Below are positions 1-11,819 of a stretch of 40,500 bases of DNA, one piece after another. The position numbers were made by a program, and so were the translations under genes. The stretch lies in NCBI GenBank assembly GCA_013239625.1, contig MU053557.1, positions 5,052,123 through 5,092,622 of the forward strand, written 5' to 3'. The stretch's first letter is position 1, and each line of letters opens with the position of its first letter. Source of the DNA: Lama guanicoe (Eukaryota). Below the pieces are notes generated by a model that did no database searches, was not told the DNA's origin, and saw nothing but the letters and a program-made list of their open reading frames with translations.

Positions 1-684
1 CCAGGCCTGGGTGGTGGCCGGGAGCTTGACCAGGCACTGGCAGTGCCAGACCGAAAGACGGGGGATTTCCTTCAGAGCACAGATACAGTCCTGCAATTCA
101 GTCCATCTCCTTTTCCCTTGTTGACTGTCAGTCATCGCCCACTAGAAGGTACCCCAAATGAGGGCAGAGCTGTGTTCCCTCCTGAGCTCCCAATGCCTGT
201 GACAGGGTCTTGCACTGCATTCGGGCGTGTTAAAGGAGCAAGGGGACAAGAAGGGCCAGAAATGTGATCCTCCTCTGCTTCCTCACAAGGTTCCAGGCAG
301 GTTAGTTGGAGCATGACTGAGAAATGTGGAGTTGGGAGGGAATTAGAAATCAGCTTTTTCTTGCCTCTGTGACTTCATCCTCTATAAAAGGGATTAAAGG
401 AAGAATCCTTTCAAAATGAAGTTTAGAGAATTAAAACTTGCTCTGAGATAAAAACTCTAAAGCAATATTTAAGGAGCATTGGTGTGTTTCCAACAGCTAC
501 CTAAGTCACAAAATTGTTCCTGTTGCGGTAGGGTCTGGAAAGAAGAGGGTTGCATGCGTTTCCGTGGGATAATGCGGCTGGAGGGGGATAGTCTGCCCCA
601 ATTCACTCTGAGGATGTAACCTGGTTAAATGAAGAGGGCTGACTGAGCCTAATTTTCATGCCAAACCATCCACCACTTTGCTCT

Positions 685-895
685 CCACCTGGATTTAAAC
701 CCCGGTTCAGCTACTTGGTAGCCATGGGACTTTACGCAAGCCACTTTGCTTCTTTGAACTTTGTTTTCTCATCTGTAGAATGGACGTAATAATAGTACCT
801 CTGTCATGGGACTGTGATAAGGATTAAATGAATGAATGCATGTAGAGTCCTCAGGACAGTGGCTCCCACATAGTAGATGCTCAATAAACATCAGC
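685..895 (+). mobile_element. MIR SINE
   Basis: MIR core and 3' end: ttttctcatctgtagaatgg..taataatagtacct..gataaggattaaatga..cacatagtagatgctcaataaa. Confidence 0.85.
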
Positions 896-1056
896 TTTAT
901 TTCAGATTCCTAGACTCTAAAAGCATTATAAACCATTCTGAAAGAAAACATGTGATTTACAGTCACTAGAAAATAAAATGTACACACTATGATGAGATAA
1001 GTTTCAAGAGAAGTGTGTTGTCATCAGTGACTAGAGATTTTTCTTCCTACACAGTC

Positions 1057-1311
1057 TTTTGTTTTTTTTTTTTTTTGAACTTTAAAGATCAGATTTATTT
1101 GGAGAAAGCAAAAAAAAACCCCACAACCCAGAGGATGGGATTTAACATCTCAAGACATCTCCCATGTATTAAGTCTGCAGATTACAAATCATTTTCATAG
1201 AAGATATTTTTGTACAAATTTTACATGTATTGAGGAGCCTCCTACATAGTCCTGGTAACTTTCTTAAAGATGTGTGGTCTCTCTTTATAAACCATAAGCT
1301 CCGACATGGTA
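1057..1311 (-). pseudogene. Processed (retro) copy of an mRNA 3' UTR end; parent gene not verified; may continue beyond the L1 insert (>1565)
   Basis: On the - strand: AATAAA (1094-1099) lies 17 nt upstream of a genomic poly(A) (T-run 1057-1076), preceded by AU-rich UTR-like sequence not matching any L1/SINE tail I recognise. Confidence 0.6.
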
Positions 1312-1320
1312 GAGGCTTTT

Positions 1321-1550
1321 CTTTTCTTTTCTTTTCTTTTCTTTTCTTTTCTTTTCTTTTCTTTTTTATATAAAGATTTTTTATTGAGTTATAGTCATTT
1401 ACAATGTTGTGTCAAATTCCAGTGTAAAGCACAATTTTTCAGTTATACATGAACATACATATATTCATTGTCACATTCTCTTTCGTTGTGAGCCACCACA
1501 AGATCCTGTATGTATTTCCCTGTGCTACACAGTACAATCTTGTTTATCTG
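1321..1550 (-). mobile_element. Young camelid-type L1, 5'-truncated 3'UTR end with (GAAAA)n tail
   Basis: ttattgag..acaatgttgtgtcaaattccagtgta..tttccctgtgctacacagt matches L1 3' ends at 30413-30575, 37860-38010 and 40271-40500; TSD gaggctttt 1312-1320 / 1556-1564; (TTTTC)n 1317-1367. Confidence 0.9.
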
Positions 1551-2479
1551 TGACGGAGGCTTTTTTGAAGTTAAGTGTGGATGACTTCTGCTTCTCCTCA
1601 GTGGGCAAACTGAGGAGACTCCCTAAAACTTAACAATTATAGCTCCATTTTTTAAAAAATCAGTAATTTAAAAGTAAACCACAGATTTATAATTATTGCC
1701 TGACAACAAAGATTATACTTTGAAATGTAATAAACTGCTTGTGAACATTTGCAGCAAAAATCAACTTATACATAATACATTTTTATGTCCCCAAATTAAT
1801 ACAATGATTTCTGACCTAAAAAGGGATCACATGATTAAATTTTCTCTTATATTTTCATCCACCTCACCCCATCTCTTCCAAATGCAGCAGGATCTTTCCC
1901 CCATGGTGTCAATTTAGGAGGAAATTTTGATTTCTACTCCAGAAGGTCCCACCCCGATCTTCCTCTGGGGTTTGCTTCCCATGACCACATGCGCATAGGC
2001 TCATCTCTTTCCTAAAATTCAACTTCCAGCTGGAGAAAGCAGGAGAAACCAAAGTCCTAGGATATGAGGACACTGGGGATCTGGTCTGAGACACTCCCAC
2101 GAATGAGCCATGACTATCTTCCTGTTAGAGGCACTTCCCAGTTATCCTCTTGAAACCAAAAGTGAGTCTCTCCTCTGGGAGAAGGGGAAACGGCTTGCTG
2201 CACGTACATTACTCCCCTTCTGTCTGTTAAAAAGAGCAAGCCTTGCTATGGAGCTCAGCCCTAGAATTTGAATTTCCTTTGCATGTCCTATAGCCTTAAT
2301 CCCCGTTTTACTGATGAAGAAAGGATAAGCAGCACGTGGGGTTACATCCTATAGGTCATTCCTTCAAAAGGGTTTGCTCTGTTTTGTTCTGAGCACCTAG
2401 TCTGTGCCAGACCCTGCGTCCGGCACTGACGACACAATGGTGAGCGGGACCCGTCCATGTTTTCCTGGAACATGAGTGT

Positions 2480-2610
2480 CTTTATCTGTGTAATGGGAAC
2501 AATAATCATGGAATAATGACTTGGCCCTTTTCAAGGGGTTGTGTGGGGATCAGATGAGCTAATGTATGTAAAAGCGCCTTATCAAATATTAAAGCACTCT
2601 ATAAATATGA
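2480..2610 (+). mobile_element. MIR fragment
   Basis: atctgtgtaatgggaacaataatc..gggttgtgtggggatcagatgagctaatgtatgtaaaagcgcct. Confidence 0.7.
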
Positions 2611-3478
2611 GGAATGATCAGGTGTATCGTGAAAGAAGAAAATGTTAAAAAAAAAAAGAGGGCTCGGTTTCCTGCACCATTTATTTAATGATAACACAAC
2701 AACAGCAACCATTTATTGAGCACTACCTACATGTCATCCCTTTTACACACACTCTATTGCTTGTAAGAGCAATCCCACAGGAGTGGGTTACCATCTCTTG
2801 CAGAGGGCAGAGCATCTTGCCCTGGGTCACCTGAGTATGTATCAGGATTGAGGCCAGCTCTCCAGACAGTTTCTCTTTTGTCAGGGAAGGCTGAAGATAG
2901 CCTTGAAGAGGAAGAGGGGGTGGATGCATTTCCCTCTCAATTACAGAGGCAAAGATGAGGCCCAGAGGCTCCAGGGAACTTCTCAGAAAAGAGACAGGAA
3001 CTAGCAACCAGAGACAATGACTTAAGGGCTTTGTAAGTTTCTAAACCCCTATGACTTCCCCTTACTGGTTCTTCCATTATTCAGGCCTTGGCCTACATGG
3101 AGGAGCAGTGAAATCCGCCCTTCAGCTCACCATACGTATTAAGCACCTACTCTGGTACCAGGCAGACCCAAGGAGATGGAATCTGGGACATCTCTTCAGA
3201 GGAAGAAGGAGGGAATCCTGTTCCACACCCACGGTGGTCGAGTATGAGAACCCCAAAGGACTGAGGACACGAAGGTAGCTCTAAAGAGGAACAGAAGGCC
3301 CACTGTCTGTAGAGCCTTCAGGGAAGAGGAAAAGGAGAACACGGGGACAGGAGTCCAACCTGATCCTGAGCTGGGGGAGCCGAGGAGGAAGAGGACTGCA
3401 GATCACAAGGCTGAGCGAGGGCTTGGACCAAACTGTGTCCTCACTGGCTCTCCAGGCCCTGAAGTTCCTCTTCCTCCT

Positions 3479-3554
3479 CCCCGCCTCCCTCCCCTTGCTC
3501 CACAGGGGCCCACCCGCATTCTCAGGGGAATCATAGGCTAAAAATAAACAGTTG
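3479..3554 (+). promoter_or_regulatory. Candidate enhancer motif cluster (GC box, CACCC, MEF2 site, E-box)
   Basis: ccccgcctcc 3479-3488, cccaccc ~3509-3515, CTAAAAATAA 3538-3547 (MEF2 consensus YTAWWWWTAR), CAGTTG 3549-3554, all in apparently unique sequence. Confidence 0.3.
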
Positions 3555-4210
3555 CCACCAGTCAGCCCAGGGGAATCAGTTCAACAGAAGCCCTCTGGGT
3601 AGTGGATTGAGGCTGGGCCAGGGGATGGAAGGGATGACAGCTAAAGGTCCTAAGACCCCCTAACCAGTGATGCAAATAACCCCCCTACCCCCGACCTGGC
3701 TCTTTGAGAGCCAGGCCTTCTAGCCTTCAGCTCCATGACCTTCTACGGCTCAGAATATTTGGATCCCAGCAATGTCACTGTGCCTGCTGGAGAGATAGAG
3801 CATGTGGCAAAAAATAGCTTTACCCCCTTGCAATATTCCTACCCATAACTGGACACGGCGAGTCTTTATCAGTCCAAAGGCATGCTCCCACTGGTGCAAA
3901 GGTGCTTTTCTGGGAAGGCAGAACCCATGACTCCTCAGCTCAGAGAGGACTTCTTGAGGCTCTCGTTACTGACAGAATGGTTGGAATCCTTTGGATGGAA
4001 GTCCAGCCTTCAGAGCAGGAGGAGGGGGTGAGGGTGGGCTGATGTCAACTGACAGCACACATTTGTCATCTAAGGAACCTTCCTGGGACTTAGCTGTCCT
4101 CTACTCTTCAGCCTGTGTCACTGACAAATGCGAGTCCACTTCCAAAACATACTTGATGGACTCAAGGAATGTCATTCCAAAGGAGTCAGTGCTTGGACTT
4201 TTGTCTATAG

Positions 4211-4312
4211 GAATCCAGAGGCTGGGAGCCCTGCCTCGCTCCGTGTTAAATCCGTCTTTGACTATATAGAGATAGCACCTCCAGCGACAGGCACCACGGT
4301 GCCTCTAATAAC
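4211..4312 (+). other. Candidate exon of an unidentified transcript (alternative upstream acceptor at 4112)
   Basis: Acceptor gacttttgtctatag| and donor AAC|gtgagt; 102 nt, one frame open (NPEAGSPASLRVKSVFDYIEIAPPATGTTVPLI); no recognised homology. Confidence 0.25.
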
Positions 4313-4329
4313 GTGAGTAACAATGGTAG

Positions 4330-4530
4330 CACCACAAACCAAGCAGTGCTGAAGTACCAAGCACTGTGATCATGACTTTACGTGACTTTATGTGGGTTAT
4401 CTCATTAAAACCTCCCATGTTATAGTTTTATACCCATTTTACAGGCAGGAAAAATGAGGTACACAGAAAGTTGTTGCCGCTTTCTACATACATAGGGAGG
4501 AATGGAGCCTAGGTCTTACTCCAGATCCTA
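4330..4530 (-). mobile_element. MIR SINE
   Basis: ttatctcatt..cccattttacaggcaggaaaaatgaggtacacagaaag (reverse MIR core). Confidence 0.75.
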
Positions 4531-4719
4531 TACCCTGAACCCTACAGGAAACATTCTGTTTCAGATGCAGGACTTTGAGGGAAAAGGCAAGGGAGGCCAC
4601 AAAGCCAGTGTAAAAGTCCCCAAAACACTTCCTGGGAGAGCTGTCATTGTGCCCTGTCCACTGCTGTGACCTCAGCACCTGCTGGTCCCCACAGTGCACG
4701 TCAGCCACCCTGACCTCCT

Positions 4720-5112
4720 GCAGTTTTGCACGTATAATTCCTTCAGCCTTGAATGCCCTTCCCTCTGCTCTGAACCTTGCTAACTCCTACCCATCCTGCA
4801 GGTCACAGCTTCACGGTCCTTCTGCAGGGAAGCCTGGCCTGGCCAGGTTTGTTCTCGCCACACCGTGTACTTGCATTTTCCAGGCTTTGGCAAAGTTCTC
4901 ATTGAAATATATGTTAGAATCATTCTGTGGTTAGTCAGTGTCTCTCTGACTAGAATGGAAGCTCCAAGAGGGCAGGAACTGTGTGGATCTTGTTCACCAG
5001 GGTATTCCTATGACTCAGCATGTTGCATAGCAGGTATTAGGTGCTCAGTAAGTATATTTGGATAAAAGAAGGAAGGAACAGGTGAATGAATGATTTGTTG
5101 AATGTTGACTGA
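4720..5112 (+). mobile_element. L2 LINE 3' end
   Basis: tagaatggaagctccaagagggcagg..cttgttcacc..gtgctcagtaagtatatttg..tgaatgaatga tail. Confidence 0.8.
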
Positions 5113-5829
5113 ATAATCTGAACAGTGATTGCAAATGGAGCTGGCTAAGAGGGAAGTGGAGGCCGGGGTGCAGAGGGAGAGGTTGGGGTGTGGGGAAGAG
5201 GCTGCCATGAGGTACTGAGTCTTGTTAGGGGTGGTGGTGGAGAGGGACAGGAAGGGACTGGATGACCTTTAATGAACTAGATCACCCTGAGACTCTGTCC
5301 AGCTGTGAAATGCTTTGACTTGACAAGAGAATGGGCTGGCTTCCTGGCTGTTAATCTTTCAAGGTCATTCTCCCCAGGGTCCTCTGTGTTTCCCTGAACA
5401 ATCAATCAGAATAAATCCCACCATATGGGTTCTGAACCTTGTGAGGAAACAACTGTGTAAAATTGCTTTGAAATGGTTCTGGTGGAAGCTTCTCGCAGCC
5501 ATTAATTCTGGTGGGTGGGATTCCTGAGGGCTTTTGCTTTCAATGACATGCACTTCTGTAATGATTGAATTCTTCCTCCCTCTCTCCCTCTCTCCCTTCC
5601 TTCCTTCTTTTCTTTCCAACAAAAATGTATATTACCTTTGTAGGCAGAGTAACAGAGCCAAGTTATAAGATGTTTTCAAATATTTAGGGGATGGAAGTGC
5701 CTCTGTAAGAAGTTTCTGGTTGCAGAGATTGAGGAGAAGGAGGGAGGAGGGATTGGAACTGAGTGGCCGAGTTCGAATGACAATATCATTAGTCACTTTT
5801 AATTCTTCTTATTTTTAAAAACCAGCAGG

Positions 5830-6122
5830 CAATAAAATTGGCTTTTTTCATGTACATTTCTATGAATTTTGACGCATGTGTAGATTTGTGTAAGTACCAG
5901 CACAGACAGGATACAAATCAGTTCTATCAGCCCCCAAACAACGACCTAGAGTTGCCCCTCCACAGTCACACCCTTCCCCAGACCTACCCCTGCAACCGCT
6001 GATCTGTTCTCTCCACTGCTCTAGCTTTGCCTTTTCAATAAAGTGATCACGTAGTACGTAATGCTTTGGGACTGGCTCCTTTCCCGTTCATTCAGCTGTT
6101 GTGTGTATCAGTATTTTCCACC

Positions 6123-6154
<32 letters not shown>

Positions 6155-6870
6155 AGTAGCTTTCTAGTAGTATGGATTTGCCACAGTGTGTATATCTATT
6201 TTTCCCTTAAAGGACATTTGGATCATCTCTAGTTTTTGATGATTATGAATAGAGCCGCTATAGATACTTGTGTGTAGGTCTTAATGGGAACATAAGTTTT
6301 CATGTCTCTAAGGTAATCACCTAGGAACGGGATTGCTGATCATATGTTAAATGTAGACTTAACTTTATAAGAAACTGCCAAACTGTTCTCCGGAGTGGCT
6401 GTATGCCTCTGCACTCTCACTGGCAGTGCGTGAGCGTTGCCGTTTTTCTGTGTCTTGATGGCGCTCAGTGTTCGGATATTTTTTAAGCCGTTCTAATAGA
6501 TGTGCAGTGGTATCTCATCATGGCTTTGTTTTGCACTTCCGTAATGACATAAGGGTGTGCTTGCTATTGAATATCTTTTCGTGTGCTTATTTGCTGTAAT
6601 GTATCCTTTTGGTAAAGTATCTGGTCAACCTTTGGTTCATTTCTTAATTGGGTTGTTTGTTTTTTTACTGAGTTTTGAGAGTTCTTAATATATTCTAGAT
6701 ATAAGCCTTTTGTCAGATATGTGGTTCTCCCAGATTGTAACTTGCTGTTCATCTTCTTAACAGTGTCTTTCACAGAGTAAGCATTTCTAGTTTTGATGAA
6801 AATTTTTATCACCTTTTTCTCTTATAGATCATACTTTTGACTTTCCATCTAAGAACGCTTTGCCTGGCTT
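5830..6870 (-). mobile_element. Old L1M (L1MC/MB-type) 3' region
   Basis: tttaactttataagaaactgccaaactgtt, gtggtatctcatcatggcttt, atatattctagatataagccttttgtcagatat; ORF 6564..6812 (-) is degraded ORF2-like; contains T28 run 6123-6150. Confidence 0.85.
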
Positions 6871-6929
6871 TGTAATTTTTTAGACATCATTTTGTGCTTA
6901 CTTTCTTTGTGCCAGCCCGGGCAGCCCAC

Positions 6930-7125
6930 ACTGCTTAATCCACTTGATTCTCACTGTGATCCTTTTAAGTTGGTACTATTTTTATATAACCTCATCTTAC
7001 AGGGAAGGAAACTGAGGCATGGAGAGCTTAAATAATTTGCCCAAGACTCACCTGGCTTTCAGTGACAGAGATGGGTTCAAATGCATGCCTCCAGGACCTC
7101 TGAGCCCACCTTCTTCACCACTTGG
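6930..7125 (-). mobile_element. MIR SINE
   Basis: ttacagggaaggaaactgaggcatggagagcttaaataatttgcccaagactcac. Confidence 0.85.
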
Positions 7126-7189
7126 ATCAGGTTGAAACTTTGCCCGTGGAATCTCTCATTGGAAAGTCATCAGAGCAAGGAAACCAGTA

Positions 7190-7607
7190 ACATTTGCTCC
7201 TTCTTGTCATTCAGTTCTTAGCTTAAATGTCACCTCCTGAGGGAGACCTTCCTTGGCCTCTCCATCTAAAATAGCCCTCCCCTCCCTCTCCTTTTCACCT
7301 CCCCTCCTTCCCTTTTTCTCTTAATCGAGAATGAGTCTCTCCAAAGCACATTCCATTGTCTGAAATGTGTTAGTGTTCTTCTATTATTTGTTTTCTTCTA
7401 CATAATCTGTAGCTTCCCCAGAAGGCCAGTCGGATGAGAGCAAGGACTTTATCTTTTCACCACTTTATCTCCAGCTTGTAGCCTAGTGCCTGGCCCAGAG
7501 TGAGTGCTCACCAAATACTTGTTAGCAGATGCTCATGGATGGATGGATGGATGGATGTATGGATGGACGGACAAACAGACTGATGGATGGATGAATGGAC
7601 AGATGAA
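7190..7607 (+). mobile_element. L2 LINE 3' end with (GGAT)n microsatellite tail (7536-7607)
   Basis: cttagcttaaatgtcacctcctgagggagaccttcc..cctagtgcctggcccagagtgagtgctcaccaaatacttgtt followed by ggatggat repeats. Confidence 0.85.
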
Positions 7608-8063
7608 CTGCCTCAGTTGTAGAAATTTGTCTTATCAAGCAAGAAAAGACTACAACCTTGGAACTAGTTGGGTTCTGGCTAGAAGAAATTCAAATACGTC
7701 CTCCATATGAATGTGTTTGTGTGTATGGACATTATGTACAGCATTTGTGTTCTAAAAAATAGATTATATACATACATATGCTAATATGTGGCACAAATAT
7801 CTCTGAAAGGACACGTGAGAAACTGGCTTAGAACTGGATGACTGGGGCACTAGGGAGAGAAAGAGACTCCCTTCTCACTATATCCTCGTTTATTCATTTT
7901 GAATTTTCTACTCCATGAATGTACTGCATGTTCAGAACATATATTTCTTTTCAGAATAATAATATCAGGCTTCTTCCCCCTGAAAGGCTGAGCAGCAGAG
8001 CAAGCCAAGAGGTTAATCAGAGGAAGCTGTTCAGAAGACAATTAACACCTTCTTTCCAACCAG

Positions 8064-8090
8064 CAGCTAATCTGTAGGAACTGAAGCAAA
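8064..8090 (+). other. Candidate non-coding micro-exon
   Basis: Branch-like aattaac, pyrimidine tract, cagcag (NAGNAG) acceptor, donor AAA|gtaagt; stops in all three frames. Confidence 0.2.
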
Positions 8091-8189
8091 GTAAGTGTTA
8101 AAGCAAGAAAGGTTTTACAAGAGTAGAGAGGCAGGCAACACTTTCTAAGTCATAATTAGTGACTTATTAAATAGAGCATATTAAATAAA

Positions 8190-9060
8190 ATATATGCTCA
8201 TTGCAACAATTCAAACTTAAAGATGTATCTGAAGCAAGACACCCTCTAGTCCAACTCCTTTGACGCACTGTAATTAGAAATTTGATTTTCCTACTTTTTT
8301 TTTCTCTGCTTAAACAAGCATTCAAGGTGATTTGGCTATGTTTGTGTTGTTTTCTGTGAAAATAAAATCAGGCCGTAGGCATTATTCCTTAACTTTTTTT
8401 TCAGAAATTATTTTACGTTGGCACATACAGATGTACCTCATTTAGTAGCTACGTAATATGCAACTGTGTTGATGCAGTCAAGGTGTTTCTCGGTTCTTGT
8501 TATTATAAAAATGTGTCAATGACTTCTTATATCTATCTGTTTGTCTATCTATTTATATCACCATGTATTATGCTTTTATTTCTGAACTTTTTTGTGCATT
8601 GTTTTTGTCATAATATTTTAGAATATGTTTCCTAAAAGGCTGTAACATTTTTTTTTTTACAGTCTGACGATGGGTATCCCAGTGTTGGTTTCCTTATTCC
8701 TTCATCAGCCACGGGTGTTACCAATATTTTTCATTTTTGCTAATATTAGGAGACAGGCAGGAGCTCATTATTAAATTTTCATTTCCCTACTTACACACTG
8801 TGTGTTGCCTGTTGTCATTTCCTCCTCTGTACACTGTTCACAGTCTTTGCCCATTTTTCCATGGGGTCATTTGTATTTTTCCAGTTTATTTGCAGGAGAG
8901 TGTTCATGTCAGGGAGAGTAAGCCTTTGTTATTATGAAGTTAAAATATTTTCTCCCACATTCTCATTTATCTTTTGACCTCATTTGTGATGTCTTTTGTT
9001 ATATAGAAGTTTGAAATTTTTCTGTAATCAGATCTTTCTCTTTTCTCCTTCATAGCTATT
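8190..9060 (-). mobile_element. Highly degraded old L1 (L1ME-type)
   Basis: tctttgcccatttttccatggggtc..gagagtaagcctttgtt..atatagaagtttgaaatttttctgtaatcagatc. Confidence 0.6.
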
Positions 9061-9249
9061 AATAACCACGGATGTTTGTGTAACCCGGTGGTTTTCCTGC
9101 TGCGCTCCTAACCTTTGAGTTTCATGGAGATGAATGGTTGTCAGAGGGGTGGGAGTGAACCGGGCTGTTGCTGTTTAGAGCTCACCACTGCCCCTTCCTC
9201 TGTTTTTGTCATCTTTCACGCGCCACCACCATCACTGTTATAAAGCAGG

Positions 9250-9610
9250 CCCTAGGATCTGGAGCCAGAATTATTGGACAAAGTATTTAAACTCCCTGGG
9301 ACATAGTTCCTTGACTTCTTCATCTGTAAGATGAGGATTTAAAACAGTTCCTGCCCCTGGGATTGTGGTGAGGCTTCAAAGAGCTGCTACACAGGAAACC
9401 ACTACTTCGTTAGCACTTTCCACGTGGCTGACCCTGTGCTGGGCACTGTATGCACATCCATTCTCAGGCCAGAGGATTATCCTTGTTTTACAGAGCAGGA
9501 AACTGAGGCCCAGAGAACTTAGGTAACTTGCCTAAAGGCATAAGAGTAATGGAGCCAAGATTTGCATCCTGGTCCCTGTGTGACTTTAAGGCCTTGGTTC
9601 TTCTCTTATC
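9250..9610. mobile_element. Two adjacent MIRs in opposite orientation (+ 9250-9400, - 9410-9610)
   Basis: cttcatctgtaagatgagg (+) and ttttacagagcaggaaactgaggcccagagaacttaggtaacttgcc (-). Confidence 0.75.
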
Positions 9611-9669
9611 TACTCTCTGTACCATATTGCTTTTTTTTTTTTCCTTTTGCTGTGTGACATGATACCAGT

Positions 9670-11165
9670 ATTGCTGTTTATTGAGTACCTACTATGTTCC
9701 TGCCCGGGGGTAGGAGTTGGGGATCCAGCAGTGAACATGACAGCCCCAGTCCCTGTTGCTTACGTCTACTGGATGAGGCAGTCATTAACAATGAGACAAT
9801 TTCAAATTGTAGTTTGGTGCAATTGGGAGCTGGGCAATGAGTGACAATCATGGCGACTGCTCTTTTACATTAGGGGATCGGGAGAGGCCTCTCTGAGAAA
9901 GTTCTGTTTGACTTACAACATAAAGAATGAGTAAGAACTGGCCAGTTGGGAACTGCAGCACATCAAATGGGTGGGCTCCTTGGGAGAGAAAAAGCTTGGC
10001 CAGCTCCAAGAATGGACTGGAAGGTCAGTATGGTGGGAAAGTAGCCTATGTAGGAGAGGGTTTGAGGCGGGGAGGGAGAAGTCAGGGGATGCCAGAACAT
10101 GCAAGGACTATGTGAGTTGAGATAAAAAGCTGGAACTTTATTCTGAAGGCAGTGGGAGGCTATGGAGGGTTTAAGCAAGGAAATGCAGTCTAGTTGTGCC
10201 CTAAATATCTATCTGTCAGAACATACACATACCACTAAGAGGAAGCAATTCTACTTCTAGGTAGATACCCAATATGATGCATACTTATGGGCACCAAAGA
10301 CAAAAATAGTGACAACTGCACTTTGTAAAATCCCCAAACTAAAAACCTCTCAAATGTTTCTCAGTGCTTGACTGAACAAATAATGATATAGTTAGACAAT
10401 GGAATACTATACAGCAATGAACATGAACAAACAACTATATATAACAATGTGGATGGACCTCTCAAATATGATGATGGATGAATTAAGGCAGATATAAAAT
10501 AATACACATTGTATTAATTCATGTATATAAAGTTCAAAAACAGGCAAAATGAATCTATGCTGTTAGAAGTAAGGATAGTGATTATCCTGGGGAGTAACGG
10601 GAGTGACTAGGGGGTGCATACAGGGACTTCTGGGATGCTGGTGATGTTCTGCTTCTTGAGCTGGGCATTGATTACACAAGTATCTGCAGTTTATGCAAAC
10701 TCATCAAGCTTAAAGTTTATGATTTGTCCAGGACTCTGTATGAATGTTCCAGTCTGTCCAGTATGTGAGCTTTGAACTGGAAAGCAGGCAGGTGCAGTGA
10801 AGGGGAAATGAGGTAGGGCTGTTACAGAATCCCAGTGAGTGATGGTTGGCCCAGAGGGGTGTTGGCGGCGATGGATTGCTGAGAATGGGTTGGAGACACG
10901 CGTTGGAGAGGAGCCTATGGGAGGGTAATGGTGGAGGCAGTGGTGGCTTGAGAGTGTGGGCAGGGGAATGGGAGGGCATCAGGACCATCTCTCCAGCTTC
11001 TAGTATGAGCACTTGGGTGGGAGGAGGTATCAGAACTAAGACGAGAAGTTGGGGGAGGAGCAGATTTGAAGAGGATGCTAAAATCCAAGGCCTCAGTTTT
11101 GGACATGTAAAATTTGAGATGTTTCCAAAAGGCCACATTGTGGGAACAGATGGATATATGGATGT
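9670..11165 (-). mobile_element. L2 LINE interrupted by an old L1 (10225-10770)
   Basis: tttattgagtacctactatg.., ctttattctgaaggcagtgggaggctatggagggtttaagcaagg, resuming with cagttttggacatgtaaaatttgagatg. Confidence 0.8.
10225..10770 (+). mobile_element. Old L1ME-type 3' end
   Basis: caatggaatactatacagcaatgaa, aaagttcaaaaacaggcaaaatgaatctatgctgttagaagt, cttctgggatgctggtgatgttctg. Confidence 0.85.
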
Positions 11166-11819
11166 ACAGTAAGATTTTATTTGAAAAAGACTTCTGCTTC
11201 TTAAGAAAAAAAAAAAAGCACAACAACAACAAAAACCTGAAAGCTCCCGTTCTAGCCCTTTTTCCTTTTACAAAGCACTTCCAGTTCCATTATCTCATTC
11301 CATTTAATTTCATGACAAAGAATCTTGTCTGTGTGGGAGGCAAGGTGGGGGTGGGGGTGGGGAATATTGCTTCTTTATGTAGAAAGTAGAGATGTATTCA
11401 TGTGTATGTGGCTCCATGAACATGCAACGTTTATCCACTAAGAGAGGAGGCCCTGGGCTAGGAGCCTGGACTGACCTGCAAGGGCATCAGTCACGCCGAG
11501 CAGGCTGGCTGAGGCCCTGGATTCGGCTCTCATGGCAGGGGCCTGAGCTCAGAGGTCTGAGGGCCAAGTGTAATGGACAGAGAAGGTTTCCAACAGCCTT
11601 GGGCTCCTGGGACAGGCCACAAGTGCCAGAAACACATCCTGTTACCACTTGACTCAATCTGTCCCAGCTTCTCCCAGAGGAAAATGGGGCACACCTTTCC
11701 CCTGCTGTCCCCTGCAAAGCTCCTCATGTCCTCAGGAAAGAGTTCTCAGCACAGGCCACTAGGCCTGGCCACGAAGAGGCTTTGTTTCTCATCTTTCACT
11801 CTTTTCGCCAGATCCTCTA

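Noticed and set aside
61..70. Perfect NF-kB site GGGGATTTCC
   Set aside because: A single 10-mer with no supporting context; expected by chance in 40 kb
7504..7710. ORF with DGW repeats
   Set aside because: Translation of the (GGAT)n L2 tail
9250..9610. Inverted MIR pair as a hairpin RNA precursor
   Set aside because: Copies are too diverged for a long stem by eye, and such pairs are common
10710..11232. Overlapping 105-142 aa ORFs
   Set aside because: They lie within L2/L1 remnants and have no protein-like features
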